Source of the DNA: Hormiphora californensis
Lineage: Eukaryota > Animalia > Ctenophora
DNA length: 64,000 bases
Assembly: GCA_020137815.1 (NCBI GenBank)
Contig: CM035358.1
Span: 6,944,001-7,008,000 of the forward strand
Direction of reading: 5' to 3'
Translations under genes and position numbers: made by a program
Part shown: positions 62,925 through 64,000 of the stretch, piece after piece
How the letters are laid out: each line of letters opens with the position of its first letter
Position numbering within the stretch: position 1 is the first letter of the stretch
Notes under the pieces: model-generated
What the model saw: only the letters and a program-made list of their open reading frames with translations
Databases searched by the model: none
Told to the model about the DNA's origin: nothing

Positions 62925-64000
62925 ACCATTGCTATATCTCTGTTTTTACCCACATCTAAAATCTCCGTGTATATCTTTGACTATATTTCCCGCGTTCTCT
63001 CTCACTTGTGTGCCACTGCTCGGGCACACTTTCCCCACGTGTAGATTCTGTCGTGAACGGAGCGCGCGGTGAAATTGGGCGCGCTGAAAGCCATCCCTCT
63101 GGATATCAGGGCTGATGAATTTTCAGCCGCGCAACCACGTTTTCACCCTACCTCGTGGAGCATGGATATTCTCTGAATATGCACTCAGTACATATTCGAA
63201 TAGCATATGCCGCTATTTTGTCACGTCATACGAATGTTCGTAGTCGCGCTTGAAATGTGAGAGGGAACGCTTTAAAGACAATTTAATGGCAACGGGAAGT
63301 GCCATGTAGGCAAGCAAACCAGGATTCAGGAATCTTTGGGCTTGGAGCCAGCGTCAATTCTGTCGCTGTACTGACAACCGATGCGCCCTGAAGTGTGATC
63401 CCTGTTTCTTTCACCTCCTGATTTCAGAACTCTCGTCCAGAGTGGTTGTCCTGGCGTTCACCCAACTCAACGGCTCCCATGTTTCGGAGCGCGCGCGATT
63501 CCTTCCACATTTTGCGCGAAGTCACTCACTGGGGTGTCTTCGCGCCCTCCGTATCGGTCTAGGAGAGCCTTTTTACTGGGAATGCGAATAAAAAGCTGCC
63601 TCTTATCTCCTAGCAAACCTCTATTTTCCTTCCACATTGATATGAATCAAACAACAATTAACTGTTAAAACATTAATACAGACCTTCATTAATAACTTAC
63701 AATTATTGTATTAACACATGTACAATCAATCTCCGGAAAAAACTTCCCAATCTCTTTCTGCATTAAATTCATACGACAAATTATCTCTCCATACTTGTAC
63801 ACGCAAATCTCTCTCGTCAGAAACTCGTCATTAGCTCGATACACATATTAACCGGCTGATAAATATCACTAATCGATCATCTCGTATAACAACTAGCAAT
63901 TACACCCTAGCAATAGTACTCGACTCTGTCTATCATTGTAATGCGGGCAGTTCTGAGAGAGCTGAGTGGATCCTGAATAGCAGTCGATTTTCCAGGGAGT

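Noticed and set aside
63890-64000. Possible last exon of a convergent minus-strand gene at the window edge
   Set aside because: Two frames are open for only ~30-35 codons, with no recognisable homology.

Overview
This is eukaryotic, intron-rich, transposon-dense DNA. It is most likely from a ctenophore: the ~110-bp CAGGAACCGACCG MITE resembles a repeat I recall from Pleurobrachia-type genomes (recall, not a search). The window is dominated by a >25-kb minus-strand EXOC2/Sec5 gene, with 20 coding exons reconstructed by hand and the 3' end not found. Its introns host two plus-strand papain-family protease genes with ShKT domains and nested DNA-transposon derivatives. The most striking pattern is a series of tandem arrays whose repeat unit is the gene's own exon/intron junction, giving 7 to about 36 near-identical splice sites; in the four short-unit arrays only one copy keeps the reading frame. 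Also present: an apparently intact L2/CR1-like LINE with a -1 slippery site at the ORF1/ORF2 junction, an ORF1-only LINE derivative, a truncated Merlin/ISXO2 transposase with several G-run-terminated MITEs, a rearranged RNase H-containing LINE, REXO4, a C2H2 zinc-finger gene, and a tightly packed same-strand RPL39-QDPR-RPL35A cluster. All exon boundaries and family assignments were made by eye.
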